A stretch of DNA of 58,554 nucleotides from an uncultured bacterium (GTDB lineage Bacteria; Nitrospirota; Thermodesulfovibrionia; UBA6902). The notes under the pieces are model-generated. The model made no database searches. It was given only the letters and a program-made list of their open reading frames with translations, and had not been told where the DNA came from. Made by a program: the position numbers and the translations under genes. This document shows positions 9,052 through 18,792 of the stretch, piece by piece; position 1 is the first letter of the stretch; each line of letters starts with the position of its first letter. The DNA is taken from NCBI GenBank assembly GCA_965603765.1, contig CBFDEG010000001.1, forward strand, positions 1 to 58,554. Reading direction: 5' to 3'.

Positions 9052-10030
9052 TTAATAGTATTTCTTTTTTGATGGCTTTAAAAACTTTCCCCTGTACTTC
9101 CTTTAAGGTGCCTTTCACGCTGCACCCTGCTGCTGCGACATGTCCGCCGCCGCCGAAGTAGTTTGCCACCTTCTGTACATTTACCATGCCTTTTGAGCGG
9201 AGGCTGAGCTTGTAGGACCTTTCACCGTTCTGTCTGAAGAATATGGCGACCTCAACACCCTTGATCTTCCTGGGATAGTCCACAAAGCCTTCGGAATCCT
9301 GAGAAGTGGTGTCAGTGTTCCTGATCATATTATTGCTGGTGGATATCCAGGCGATGCCGTTCTTTTTTTCCAGCGTTGCGAGTGACAGCCCCAGAAGTTT
9401 CATGGATCTGTAAGGAACATTTTCATGAAGTTCCTTTGATATTTCCCACGGGCTTGCCCCTGCCTCAACAAGTTTGGCTGATATGCTGAGAGATTCGGGT
9501 GAAACATTAGAGTATCTGAAGCCTCCTGTATCAACCAGTATTGAGGTATAAAGGCTCGTAGCAATGCTTTTATCTATAGGGACCTTAAGCGAGGTCAATG
9601 TTTTAAAAATGAGGACACCTGCGGCCGCAGCCCCGGTGTCGATATGACATGCTGCAAGTGAGCGGTAGAATGCTGATTCCCCTGAATCGGAAGGGAGTAC
9701 ATGATGGTCAATGATAGCTGTTTTTTCAGCATTGAAGCTTTCAAAGCCTGTCCTGTTTATATCGTTACAGTCAATTAATAACACCACATCAAACTTTTTG
9801 CGCGGGGGCTTCTGTTTTACTATTTTTGATGACGGGAGGAACTTCAGGTTTTCAGGTACGCCGTCTTTGCTCAGGACGCATATGCTCTTGCCGAGTTTTT
9901 TAAGCCCGAGCCCAAGTGCAAGACATGAGCCGATAGAGTCACCTTCAGGGTTTATGTGTCCGACCAGCAGGAAAGAATGGTTTTCCTTGATAACCTTTAA
10001 AAGCTTAGAAGAGATCTTCGTCTTCGTCAT
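9020..10030 (-). CDS. nrnA: DHH/DHHA1 phosphoesterase, NrnA-type oligoribonuclease/pAp phosphatase
   Basis: GHINPEGDSIGS (DHH motif I-II), IIDHH, GGGGHVAAAG (DHHA1). Start set at ATG 10030 (MTKTK...). The longer ORF to 10099 would run through rbfA. Confidence 0.85.
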   Translation of the reverse strand: MTKTKISSKLLKVIKENHSFLLVGHINPEGDSIGSCLALGLGLKKLGKSICVLSKDGVPENLKFLPSSKIVKQKPPRKKFDVVLLIDCNDINRTGFESFNAEKTAIIDHHVLPSDSGESAFYRSLAACHIDTGAAAAGVLIFKTLTSLKVPIDKSIATSLYTSILVDTGGFRYSNVSPESLSISAKLVEAGASPWEISKELHENVPYRSMKLLGLSLATLEKKNGIAWISTSNNMIRNTDTTSQDSEGFVDYPRKIKGVEVAIFFRQNGERSYKLSLRSKGMVNVQKVANYFGGGGHVAAAGCSVKGTLKEVQGKVFKAIKKEILLNTKTQVPNNK

Positions 10031-10382
10031 ATGATGTCCTTTCGGTATTAATGTCATCAAGGATTTTATCCATCTTACGACCGTATAACACTGCATCATC
10101 GATCTGGAATGTAAGGGTTGGAAGGAATTTTATTTTGATCCTTTTACAGAGCTCTCCTTTTATGAAGGACTTGGATTCGTTGAGTTTTCTTACTGTTTTT
10201 TCATTGTCTTCTGTGTTGAGCACAGTTATATATATTACAGCGTTTCTGAGGTCATCACTTAGCTTTGCGCCGGTAACAGTCACAAAACCGAGGGTTTTGT
10301 GCTTTATTTTATTCATAATAATGTCAGCGACTTCTTCTTTTATAAGGTCGCCAACCCGTACAGAGCGTTTATAGGGGCGCAT
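10005..10382 (-). CDS. rbfA: Ribosome-binding factor A
   Basis: RVGDLIKEEVADII...VTVTGAKLSDDLRNAVIY signature. Position after infB. Confidence 0.9.
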   Translation of the reverse strand: MRPYKRSVRVGDLIKEEVADIIMNKIKHKTLGFVTVTGAKLSDDLRNAVIYITVLNTEDNEKTVRKLNESKSFIKGELCKRIKIKFLPTLTFQIDDAVLYGRKMDKILDDINTERTSYDEDEDLF

Positions 10383-10433
10383 ATTAAGGTCCTTTGCCGG
10401 TTTGAGATTCGGGTATTGTTTAAATTGAGTATA

Positions 10434-10715
10434 TTATAACATTTCTATGGTTGCGTCTATTAATTCCACGGAATGGGTGTTCAGAACAAGATTGCGTATC
10501 TTTTCAAAGACACTGTTTATGATGATCGTTTCATTTGCAACATATGCAATGCCGATTATGCTTCTCTGCCACAGCTCCTGCGCGTCAACCTCAGAGACCG
10601 ACACATTGAACTTGTTTCGGGTGCGTTCTATCAGGCTCTTTATAACAAGACGTTTTTCCTTGAGGGAATTTGCCCCGTGTATATGCAGGTCGAGGGTAAG
10701 TAGTCCGACTATCAT
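10434..10715 (-). CDS. DUF503 (YlxP-like) protein
   Basis: 93 aa. LDLHIHGANSLKEKR motif. Conserved placement between infB and rbfA. Confidence 0.8.
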   Translation of the reverse strand: MIVGLLTLDLHIHGANSLKEKRLVIKSLIERTRNKFNVSVSEVDAQELWQRSIIGIAYVANETIIINSVFEKIRNLVLNTHSVELIDATIEML

Positions 10716-10741
10716 CGGTTATATTCTGATGGAACAAGCGG

Positions 10742-13051
10742 CTATTCCAGTTTGCCGGCCACTTCTTCCTTTATATAATTTTCTATTATGTCCCCGGCCT
10801 TAAGGTCATTGAAATTCTCCACCATTATGCCGCACTCAAAGCCTGCAAGGACCTCTTTTGTATCTTCCTTGAAACGTTTAAGGGAGGATAATTTGCTTTC
10901 GTAAATGACTACATTGTCCCTTATGACACGTGCTCCGAGACTTGACCTTGTCATCTTGCCGTCAAGAACATGGCAGCCTGCAATGGTGCCGAGCCTTGAT
11001 ATGTAAAAAAGGTCACGAACCTCAGCACGTCCTATTACCTTTTCTGAGATGGTCGGCGCAAGGAGTCCTTCAAGCGCTTTTTTAACATCCTCGATGGCTT
11101 CATAGATGATATTGTAGAGCCTGACATCAACACCTTCTTTTTCTATAAGAGAGGATGCCTTGGCATCAGGGCGGATATTGAAGCCGATTATGATGGCGTT
11201 CGATGCGGCTGCGAGCATAACGTCTGATTCGTTGATACCGCCGGCCCCTGTATGTATCACATTGACCTTTACCTCTTCATGGGTGATCTTTGTGAGTGCG
11301 TCCCTGACGGCTTCCACGGATCCCTGAACGTCTGCTTTTATAATAATGTTCAGGTCCTTTATCTCCCCTTCCTTTACCTTTTCAAAAAGGTTTTCAAGGG
11401 TGATCTTTGACCTCTTGGCTGCTGCAGCGGTCTTCTGTTTCTGGAGCCTGTTCGCGGCTATCTGCCGTGCTTTTCTTTCATCTTCCATGACCACAAAAAT
11501 GTCACCTGCCTGCGGTACGGACGGGAAGCCTATGACCTCAACAGGGGTTGACGGGCCGGCTGTATTGATCTTCCTGCCGGTGTCGTCTATTAATGCCCTG
11601 ACCTTGCCGGATACAGTGCCCACAAGGAAATGGTCACCGGCTTTGAGGCTGCCTGAATTAACAAGTACAGTGCCTACAGGGCCTCTGCCTTTATCAAGTT
11701 TTGCCTCAACTATTGTCCCTTTTGCAGCCCTGTCAGGGTCTGCTTTCAGTTCCATCATGTCTGCCTGCATTAGTATCATTTCGAGAAGGTGCTCAATGCC
11801 GGTCTTCTCTTTTGCAGAGACTTCAACAAATATGTTCTGGCCGCCCCAATCCTCCGGCACTACCTCATGCTGGGAGAGCTCTGTCTTGACCCGCTCGATG
11901 TTTGCGCCGGGTTTGTCTATTTTATTGACAGCTACGATTATAGAAACTTTTGCGGCCTTTGCGTGGTCTATTGCCTCTATGGTTTGGGGCATGACACTGT
12001 CATCAGCGGCAACAACAAGTACTACGATGTCTGTTACCTTTGCGCCCCTGGCCCTCATTATGGTGAAAGCCTCATGGCCCGGGGTATCAAGGAATGTTAT
12101 CTCTTTATCTTTCAGTTTTACTTTATATGCACCGATATGCTGGGTTATTCCGCCTGCCTCGGTCTCGGTCACCTTTGTTTCCCTGATAGCATCAAGGAGT
12201 GTTGTTTTACCATGGTCAACATGTCCCATAATGGTAACGATGGGGGGACGGTGTTTGAGCTTTGATGCATCTATCTCTGCTTCATCCATGACCGCTTCTT
12301 CGTCTTCAACCTGTACCATTTCTATCTTGAGGTCAAATGCTTCAGCGATTATCTGTGCAGCATCATTATCTACCGGCTGGTTTATGGTCGGCATGTAGCC
12401 GAGTTCCATGAACTTCTTTATTACATCATTCAGCTTCTGGCCGATCAATTCTGCAAATTCCTTGACAGTGGAGCCTTCTTCAAACTTCAGTATCCGCTTT
12501 CTCGGCTGGGTGGCGGCTGCCTGTGCATCAACAGGCTCGTCTGACTTTTTGACAGGGGCTTTTTTGTCCTGTCTCTTGGTAAACCTTGATTTGAAATCAG
12601 GCCCTTTTTTAGCGCCCTCGATCCTTCTTATGGAGTCAAATGCCCTCTGCATACCGGGCTTATTCTTGAGTTTTGAAAGATTTTCCCGTTCTGCTTCTTT
12701 GGATTTTTCAGCAACAGGAGCTGCTGGTTCAGCTTTTGCTGTTACAGCTTCTACTGGTTTTGGTGCTGCTTCCTCTTTAGCAGGTGTTTCTGCCGGTGCG
12801 TCTTTAACAGGAGCGGGAGCGGGTACTTCCTCTTTTATAGCAACTTCCGGTTTTGGTGCCGGGATCGGTTTTTTCTTTATTGGAGGCGCACTTGTCTTTT
12901 TGCCTTTAGAAAATAATTCTATAAGCTTTTTAACTACATCGTCATCTATTTTTGACATGTGGGACTTCACCTGTATCCCCATGCCCGCAAGTCTTGCTAT
13001 TATTTCCTTGCTGCTTACATCTATTTGTCTGGATAATTCGTATATTCTCAT
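10742..13051 (-). CDS. infB: Translation initiation factor IF-2
   Basis: GTPase motifs [21 protein letters not shown]. Pro/Ala/Lys-rich N-terminal linker. 769 aa. Confidence 0.97.
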   Translation of the reverse strand: MRIYELSRQIDVSSKEIIARLAGMGIQVKSHMSKIDDDVVKKLIELFSKGKKTSAPPIKKKPIPAPKPEVAIKEEVPAPAPVKDAPAETPAKEEAAPKPVEAVTAKAEPAAPVAEKSKEAERENLSKLKNKPGMQRAFDSIRRIEGAKKGPDFKSRFTKRQDKKAPVKKSDEPVDAQAAATQPRKRILKFEEGSTVKEFAELIGQKLNDVIKKFMELGYMPTINQPVDNDAAQIIAEAFDLKIEMVQVEDEEAVMDEAEIDASKLKHRPPIVTIMGHVDHGKTTLLDAIRETKVTETEAGGITQHIGAYKVKLKDKEITFLDTPGHEAFTIMRARGAKVTDIVVLVVAADDSVMPQTIEAIDHAKAAKVSIIVAVNKIDKPGANIERVKTELSQHEVVPEDWGGQNIFVEVSAKEKTGIEHLLEMILMQADMMELKADPDRAAKGTIVEAKLDKGRGPVGTVLVNSGSLKAGDHFLVGTVSGKVRALIDDTGRKINTAGPSTPVEVIGFPSVPQAGDIFVVMEDERKARQIAANRLQKQKTAAAAKRSKITLENLFEKVKEGEIKDLNIIIKADVQGSVEAVRDALTKITHEEVKVNVIHTGAGGINESDVMLAAASNAIIIGFNIRPDAKASSLIEKEGVDVRLYNIIYEAIEDVKKALEGLLAPTISEKVIGRAEVRDLFYISRLGTIAGCHVLDGKMTRSSLGARVIRDNVVIYESKLSSLKRFKEDTKEVLAGFECGIMVENFNDLKAGDIIENYIKEEVAGKLE

Positions 13052-13288
13052 TATGTTCTCTTTCAGAAAACCCTTTATTTGCTCAGTTTGCGCTGTTCTA
13101 TTATCATTCAGTGTGAGCTTGTAAGTTTGTCAGGATTAATGTTATCATAACCTCTCTTTTTAAAGCAAACCCGGATGTTCTTATTAACAAAAGGATTTCT
13201 GAGTTGAGAGAAATGATAACAGGAGCCGCTGCAGTATCTCGGTCTTCGATATGTGTTATAGAATAAGTTAATTTTGGAGGAAAAGCAA

Positions 13289-13477
13289 ATGGCAGAGTGT
13301 CAAGTATGTGGAAAAAAGAGAACTTCAGGCAATAATGTGAGTCATGCAAACAATAGGACCAAACGTCTTTTCTTGCCTAATCTTCAGAGAATAAGAGTAC
13401 AGACTGATCAGGGAACAAAAAAGCAGCATGTCTGCACAAGATGTATCCGTTCCGGTAAGGTCAAAAAAGCTATATAG
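13289..13477 (+). CDS. rpmB: 50S ribosomal protein L28
   Basis: [31 protein letters not shown] at 13276-13280, 8 nt before ATG 13289. Confidence 0.9.
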   Translation: MAECQVCGKKRTSGNNVSHANNRTKRLFLPNLQRIRVQTDQGTKKQHVCTRCIRSGKVKKAI

Positions 13478-13569
13478 ATTTTTTAATGTTTCAGCCGTTT
13501 AAACTGCATTTACGGTTCATACGGCTGGAGCTTCAGCTTCTTTAACTTCAATTATGCCGTCAGTCAGAT

Positions 13570-14016
13570 ATGCAGCCTCTCAATGATGTTCTGAAAAAAT
13601 TTGTCAGGGAACACGGTCTCGAAGGCGGAGCAGTGCTCAATGCGCTCGCTAATCATTGGGCCGGGATCGTAGGGGAGGGTATTGCAGCCCATACATATCC
13701 CGAGACAGTAAGAAACGGAACCATCACCCTCATTGTAGACAGTCCCCAATGGATGCACCACCTCGGTTTTTACAAACAAGAGATAATCGATAAACTTGCC
13801 CAATATGACGTGAAGGACGTGCGTTTCAGACATGGAAGGCTTCCTGAAAAAAGGAGATCTGCTGTTCGTGAAGAAGTGCAGGACATCGAACTTTCTGATG
13901 ACGACCGTACATATATAGATAATACCCTGAAGAACGTAGATGATGATGAGCTGAAAAAGACATTCGAAAAGCTTATTTCTCACGGGCTTACGAGGGGTAA
14001 GAAGGAAAGCGAATAA
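13570..14016 (+). CDS. DUF721/DciA-family protein (candidate replicative-helicase operator)
   Basis: NHWAGIVGEGIAAHTYPETVRNGTITLIVDSPQWMHHL matches the DUF721 core as I recall it. The opposite-strand ORF 13564-14115 is rejected. Confidence 0.75.
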   Translation: MQPLNDVLKKFVREHGLEGGAVLNALANHWAGIVGEGIAAHTYPETVRNGTITLIVDSPQWMHHLGFYKQEIIDKLAQYDVKDVRFRHGRLPEKRRSAVREEVQDIELSDDDRTYIDNTLKNVDDDELKKTFEKLISHGLTRGKKESE

Positions 14017-14043
14017 GTGGGGAATAATAGAAAGACAAAGGCA

Positions 14044-14073
14044 GGATCCTTCGCTATACTCAGGATGCCGATG
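14044..14073. repeat. Copy of the short dispersed motif TCCTTCGCT-N-CTCAGGATG
   Basis: GGATCCTTCGCTATACTCAGGATGCCGATG. A related copy, GGTCCTTCGCTTTGCTCAGGATGACAAG, lies at 35011-35038. Both are intergenic. Confidence 0.6.
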
Positions 14074-14102
14074 TTGGAAGGGGTATGTAGTGGAGTATAA
14101 AT

Positions 14103-14131
14103 AAAAAAGGGGCATCCGTATTGGATGCCCC
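14103..14131 (-). terminator. Rho-independent terminator of clpX
   Basis: On the minus strand GGGGCATCC-AATAC-GGATGCCCC is followed by TTTTTT. Lies 25 nt after the clpX stop, and the stem also faces the convergent DUF721 gene. Confidence 0.8.
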
Positions 14132-14155
14132 GGTGTATTATCTGTAATTTAAACC

Positions 14156-15409
14156 TTAGGCTGATTCAGCCTGTTTTTTGTAGATAAGGAGAGGTTTTTC
14201 TTTTCTGTTCACAGCCTCTTCGGTTATCATGCATTCTTCTATGTTCTCCTCTGACGGGACCTCGTACATGATATCGAGCATTACCTCTTCCAGTATAGCC
14301 CTCAGTCCGCGCGCTCCTGTTTTGCGTTTTAGAGCTTCTTTTGCGATCGCTTTGTAAGCGCTATCCGTGAACTTCAGGTTAACATTGTCAAATGAGAGCA
14401 GTTTCTGGTACTGCTTTATAAGAGCATTCTTCGGCTCTGTCAATATCCTTATGAGCGCTGATTCGGTGAGTTCCTTGAGTGTGGCCATAACAGGCAGGCG
14501 GCCTATGAATTCCGGTATGAGCCCGTATTTTATCAGGTCCTGGGGCTGTACCATTTTAAAGATCTCCCCTAATTTTTTCACGCTTTTCTTCATTGGTTTG
14601 GAACCGAAGCCGACCACTTTTTTGCCGAGCCTGTTCTCGACCACTTTTTCGAGTCCGACAAACGCGCCGCCGCAGATAAACAGGATATTCGTTGTATTTA
14701 CCTGTATGAACTCCTGCTGGGGGTGTTTCCGTCCGCCCTGCGGGGGTATGTTTGCGACAGTGCCTTCGATTATCTTTAAGAGCGCCTGCTGGACACCTTC
14801 ACCCGAGACATCTCTTGTGATAGAGACATTTTCGGTCTTACGGCTTATCTTGTCTATCTCATCGATATAGATGATACCGCGCTGTGCCTTTTCCACATCA
14901 TAGTCAGCGGCCTGAAGGAGCTTGAGTATGATGTTTTCGACATCTTCACCTACATAGCCGGCTTCCGTAAGGGTCGTGGCGTCAGCGATCGTGAACGGCA
15001 CATCAAGTGTCCTTGCGAGTGTCTGCGCAAGTATTGTCTTTCCTGTTCCTGTCGGTCCTATGAGGATGATGTTGCTTTTCTGGAGCTCGACATCGGATTT
15101 GTCAGGGTTGTTTATTCTCTTGTAGTGGTTATGCACTGCAACAGAGAGGATCTTTTTGGCCTCTTCCTGCTCTATGACGTAGTCATCAAGGACCTTCTTT
15201 ATTTCTTTTGGTGTGGGGAGTTTCTTTGATACACTGACATCAATTGATGTATCGAACTCTTCGTCCATTATCTCATTGCAGAGGTTTACGCATTCATTGC
15301 AGATATATACGGTCGGGCCTGCAATAAGTTTTTTTACTTCTCTCTGGCCTTTGCCGCAAAAAGAGCATTTCAGAGATGTGTTGTTATCATTTGTTGTTTT
15401 TTCGCTCAT
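14156..15409 (-). CDS. clpX: ATP-dependent Clp protease ATP-binding subunit ClpX
   Basis: Zinc-binding N-domain CSFCGK...CNEC. Walker A GPTGTGKT. Walker [10 protein letters not shown]. Confidence 0.97.
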   Translation of the reverse strand: MSEKTTNDNNTSLKCSFCGKGQREVKKLIAGPTVYICNECVNLCNEIMDEEFDTSIDVSVSKKLPTPKEIKKVLDDYVIEQEEAKKILSVAVHNHYKRINNPDKSDVELQKSNIILIGPTGTGKTILAQTLARTLDVPFTIADATTLTEAGYVGEDVENIILKLLQAADYDVEKAQRGIIYIDEIDKISRKTENVSITRDVSGEGVQQALLKIIEGTVANIPPQGGRKHPQQEFIQVNTTNILFICGGAFVGLEKVVENRLGKKVVGFGSKPMKKSVKKLGEIFKMVQPQDLIKYGLIPEFIGRLPVMATLKELTESALIRILTEPKNALIKQYQKLLSFDNVNLKFTDSAYKAIAKEALKRKTGARGLRAILEEVMLDIMYEVPSEENIEECMITEEAVNRKEKPLLIYKKQAESA

Positions 15410-15419
15410 ATTCGTTCCA

Positions 15420-16013
15420 TTACTCTTTTAATGTTTTTATTACATCATCAATGATGCCGTATTCTTTTGCTTCCTGTCCTGACATGAAGTAGTCTCTTTC
15501 CGTGTCTTCCTCGATCTTTCCGATTTTTTGTCCTGTATGGTTTACAAGTATTCCGTTAAGGGTGTCCCTCAGTTTAAGTATCTCCTTGGCATGGATCGCA
15601 ATGTCTGTTGCCTGCCCCTGGAAGCCCCCCATCGGCTGGTGTATCATCACGCGTGAATGCGGGAGGACAAACCGTTTGCCTTTTGTGCCGGCTGTGAGCA
15701 GGAGAGCGCCCATGCTGGCCGCCTGCCCAATGCAGTACGTCCCGATGTCCGGCTTGATATACTGCATGGTGTCGTAGATCGCAAGTCCCGAGGAGACAAC
15801 GCCTCCAGGAGAGTTTATGTATATATGAATGTCCTTTTCAGGGTCCTCTGTCTGGAGGAACAGGAGCTGTGCGATAACTGTATTTGCCATGAGATCATCT
15901 ATGGCTGAGCCGATAAAGATGATCCTGTCCTTAAGCAGGCGGGAGTAGATGTCGTATGCTCTTTCGCCCCTGCCTGTCTGTTCTATTACCATTGGAATTA
16001 AACTCATATACAC
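15420..16013 (-). CDS. clpP: ATP-dependent Clp protease proteolytic subunit
   Basis: Catalytic Ser in GQAASMGA, catalytic His in MIHQP. Start may be ATG 16007. Confidence 0.97.
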   Translation of the reverse strand: MYMSLIPMVIEQTGRGERAYDIYSRLLKDRIIFIGSAIDDLMANTVIAQLLFLQTEDPEKDIHIYINSPGGVVSSGLAIYDTMQYIKPDIGTYCIGQAASMGALLLTAGTKGKRFVLPHSRVMIHQPMGGFQGQATDIAIHAKEILKLRDTLNGILVNHTGQKIGKIEEDTERDYFMSGQEAKEYGIIDDVIKTLKE

Positions 16014-16055
16014 TCCTTAATATTTAATTGTACCGTATCAGGCAGTTCGGGACTG

Positions 16056-17327
16056 CTACGATTTTTTCTCAATAGTTGATTTTTCCAGTACATATTCAAG
16101 CACCTTGTCAGCAAAGAGCCTGCTTCTCAGCGCGTCTATCGAGCCTTCTCTTGCAGCATAGAGCTTTGTGACCTCTTCAGGCTTAAGGTTGTTACGAACC
16201 GCTATTTCATCAATGGCTACTTTAATATCATCGTCATTGACCTCTACCTTTTCCTGTTTGCCGATGGTCTCGATCAGGAGAACGCTTTTGACGTTTTCTC
16301 TGGCTGATTTTTCGTTCTCTGTTCTAATGTCTTCATCGGACTTCAGAGGTTCGCCATTTTTCATGGCTGTTTCTTTGGCATTTTCGATGATTGACTTAAG
16401 CTCGCCTTCGACCATTGTTTCCGGTACATCAAAGTCATACTTCTTGATCAGCGCGTCCAGTATCACTTTTTTATGCTGGAGGTTTATCTCGCCTTCTTTT
16501 CTTTTTACGAGGTTCTCACGGATGGCTTCTTTGAGCTTTTCCATGGTATCAAAACCGGCCTCTTTTGCAAATTCGTCATCAAGGGGAGGAAGGTTCTTCT
16601 TCTTGGCCTCTTTTACGGTGATCTTGAAGACAGCTGTTTTTCCTGCGAGTTCCTTGTTCTGGAAATCAGCTTCGAAATCAAGGCTTACTTCTGCGGTATC
16701 GCCCTTTTTCTTGCCCATCAGGGCATCTGTGAACTCTTTAGGCATTGATTCCGAACCCAGGACAAAAGGAAATTCTTTATTTGTAAGTTCTTCTCTTGGT
16801 TCATCGTCTATAAAGGCATCGCTGTCCATTACAGCCATGTCCTCTTCTTTGAGAGCTTCATCTGTTGCAGAATATAAGGCCCTGCTTTCCTGCATTGAGC
16901 TTATGGACCTGTCCAGGTCAGCCTCATCAATACCGGCATCTATTGCTTCGAGCTTAATGCCTTCAAAGTCAACTTTTCCGATAACAGGCTTGATCTCAAC
17001 TGTAACAGAGAAGTTGAGCTCTTCCCCTGGCTTGAGAACTACCTGGTCCTCGATGTCAGGGTAGGTCACAGGCTCGATATCTGCCTCTTTTATCGCCTCC
17101 ATGTAAAAGCGGGGCACAACACGCTCAATGATCTGGGCCTCTACATTCTTGCCGAACTTTTTAACGAGTATCGACTGCGGCACCTTGCCGGGCCTGAACC
17201 CGGGTATTTTCGCGGTGGCTTTCAGTTCATTATAGGCAGTATCTGTTTCAGACTGTATAATTTCCTTAGGCACATTGATGTTAAGTTTTCTTTTTGTTGG
17301 TGAAAGTTCTTCTATTCCCTGTAGCAT
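16056..17327 (-). CDS. tig: Trigger factor
   Basis: Ribosome-binding GFRPGKVP motif. tig-clpP-clpX order. Start is ambiguous (ATG 17327 or GTG 17333). Confidence 0.93.
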   Translation of the reverse strand: MLQGIEELSPTKRKLNINVPKEIIQSETDTAYNELKATAKIPGFRPGKVPQSILVKKFGKNVEAQIIERVVPRFYMEAIKEADIEPVTYPDIEDQVVLKPGEELNFSVTVEIKPVIGKVDFEGIKLEAIDAGIDEADLDRSISSMQESRALYSATDEALKEEDMAVMDSDAFIDDEPREELTNKEFPFVLGSESMPKEFTDALMGKKKGDTAEVSLDFEADFQNKELAGKTAVFKITVKEAKKKNLPPLDDEFAKEAGFDTMEKLKEAIRENLVKRKEGEINLQHKKVILDALIKKYDFDVPETMVEGELKSIIENAKETAMKNGEPLKSDEDIRTENEKSARENVKSVLLIETIGKQEKVEVNDDDIKVAIDEIAVRNNLKPEEVTKLYAAREGSIDALRSRLFADKVLEYVLEKSTIEKKS

Positions 17328-17398
17328 ACACACCTCTATAAGTATTTGATTTTCGATATAATCTTAGAATTATACCAGTTATTTGTCAATTTATCAGC

Positions 17399-17668
17399 TT
17401 AGTATGGAATGACTACATCGTATTCGGTCAGCATGGCGGCGATATCTTCCGTTTTTTTCTGTTCGAACGGATTGTCGGGGCAATTCGAAAATATCCTGGC
17501 CTTAAGGTCTGAGAGCATCTCAAGGTTTACGGACATATCATAATCTGTTTCGAGCTTTTTATCCATTATGAATACATCTACGGCATCATTGGCAAGAGTG
17601 GCGCCTACGGCCATTCTGAAGGCCTCGTCTTTTCTGTCACGTATCAGTATTGCTATCTTTTTTGCCAT
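17399..17668 (-). CDS. Small DsrE/DsrF-like-fold protein (hypothetical)
   Basis: MAKKIAILIRD...AFRMAVGATLA...VDVFIMD resembles the DsrE-like alpha/beta fold. The call is weak. Divergent from the GT2 gene. Confidence 0.4.
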   Translation of the reverse strand: MAKKIAILIRDRKDEAFRMAVGATLANDAVDVFIMDKKLETDYDMSVNLEMLSDLKARIFSNCPDNPFEQKKTEDIAAMLTEYDVVIPY

Positions 17669-17739
17669 AGTATTCAGATCCAGCAGGTTATTATGCATTA
17701 TCAGTGCATTGTTATATTATAATGGTAAACGGTCCTAAA

Positions 17740-18774
17740 ATGAACAGCATGGAAGAAAAATTTATATCAGTCGTGATCCCGAACTTCAATAAGGCATCTA
17801 CTATAGGTAAATGTCTTGAGGCCGCGTTTGCCTCAAAGTACGGCAGATTCGAGGTCATCGTTGTTGATGACAACTCGGATGACGGCTCAATTGAGCTGAT
17901 AAAAAAGTATCCCTGCAGGCTTATCAGTCTTAAAGAACGTTCAGGGGCATCAAAGGCAAGAAACACCGGGGCCCTGAATGCCAAAGGCGAGGTCATATTT
18001 TTTACGGATTCAGACTGCCTGCTTCAGCAGGAGACGCTTGGTATCATAAACAGGGCAATGTCATCAGCGGGGACGGAGACCGTTGTGGGCGGAACTTACA
18101 CAAGGGTCCCGTATGATAAGGGTTTTTTCAATATGTTCCAGTCGGTCTTTGTGAACTACTCTGAGACCAAGAATGCCGGGGACCCTGATTATATTGCTGC
18201 CCATGCAATGGCAATTTACACCGAAACATTCAGAAAACATCGGGGGTTCCCTGAGGTCTTTATGCCTATCATAGAAGATGTCGAGTACAGCCACATGCTC
18301 AAAAGGTCGGGCTGCAGACTTGTTATGGAGCCTGATATCCAGGTAAGGCATATATTCGGCTTCTCATTTGTTTCATCCCTTGTGAACGCTTACAGGAAGA
18401 GTTCCTACTGGAATATGTATTCGCTTGTTAATAAAGATGTTTTCAGAGATTCAGGTTCTGCCTCGATAGAGCTTAAGACCAATGTGGCCTCACTTCTTCT
18501 GCTCCTTATATTAATGACAGCATGGGCGGTGATCGGGCAGTCTGCTTTCATGTTTCTGTCGATAGCAGTGTTCTGCCTGAATATAATCGTCAATTTCAGG
18601 TTTCTAAAGATGTTCTTTGAGACAAAAGGGGGCATGTTCGGTGTAATGGCCTCTCTCTATTACATATTCTGCTATCCAGTACCGATAGGCCTTGCAACTG
18701 TAACAGCGCTTATGAAATATCTGTTCAGGAAAAAAGATATTATCGTGCCCGGATTTGACAGGGGAAGGCCATGA
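17740..18774 (+). CDS. Family 2 glycosyltransferase with a C-terminal membrane domain
   Basis: ISVVIPNFN, VVDDNSDDGS, FFTDSDC (DxD). About 4 hydrophobic segments at the C-terminus. Confidence 0.85.
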   Translation: MNSMEEKFISVVIPNFNKASTIGKCLEAAFASKYGRFEVIVVDDNSDDGSIELIKKYPCRLISLKERSGASKARNTGALNAKGEVIFFTDSDCLLQQETLGIINRAMSSAGTETVVGGTYTRVPYDKGFFNMFQSVFVNYSETKNAGDPDYIAAHAMAIYTETFRKHRGFPEVFMPIIEDVEYSHMLKRSGCRLVMEPDIQVRHIFGFSFVSSLVNAYRKSSYWNMYSLVNKDVFRDSGSASIELKTNVASLLLLLILMTAWAVIGQSAFMFLSIAVFCLNIIVNFRFLKMFFETKGGMFGVMASLYYIFCYPVPIGLATVTALMKYLFRKKDIIVPGFDRGRP

Positions 18775-18792
18775 ACCCTGAGCGCTAAAAAT

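Noticed and set aside
9020-10099. Using the full 359-aa ORF for nrnA, and likewise 48536-49462 for the NfnA-like gene
   Set aside because: The 5' extensions overlap the preceding conserved genes (rbfA and comF) by 80-95 nt and add non-conserved residues. Internal ATGs at 10030 and 49381 give canonical N-termini.
11346-13124. Long plus-strand ORFs (350 aa and 238 aa) antisense to infB
   Set aside because: They are Ser/Ala/Phe-rich low-complexity translations lying opposite an unmistakable IF-2 gene, which is typical antisense-frame openness. The same logic rejects 16168-17064 (anti-tig), 4516-5307, 21779-22507, 26318-26890, 37773-39266 and 47165-47605.
13564-14115. 183-aa minus-strand ORF overlapping the DUF721 gene
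   Set aside because: The plus-strand frame carries the recognisable DUF721 core. The minus frame has no motif, no Shine-Dalgarno, and runs through the intergenic repeat.
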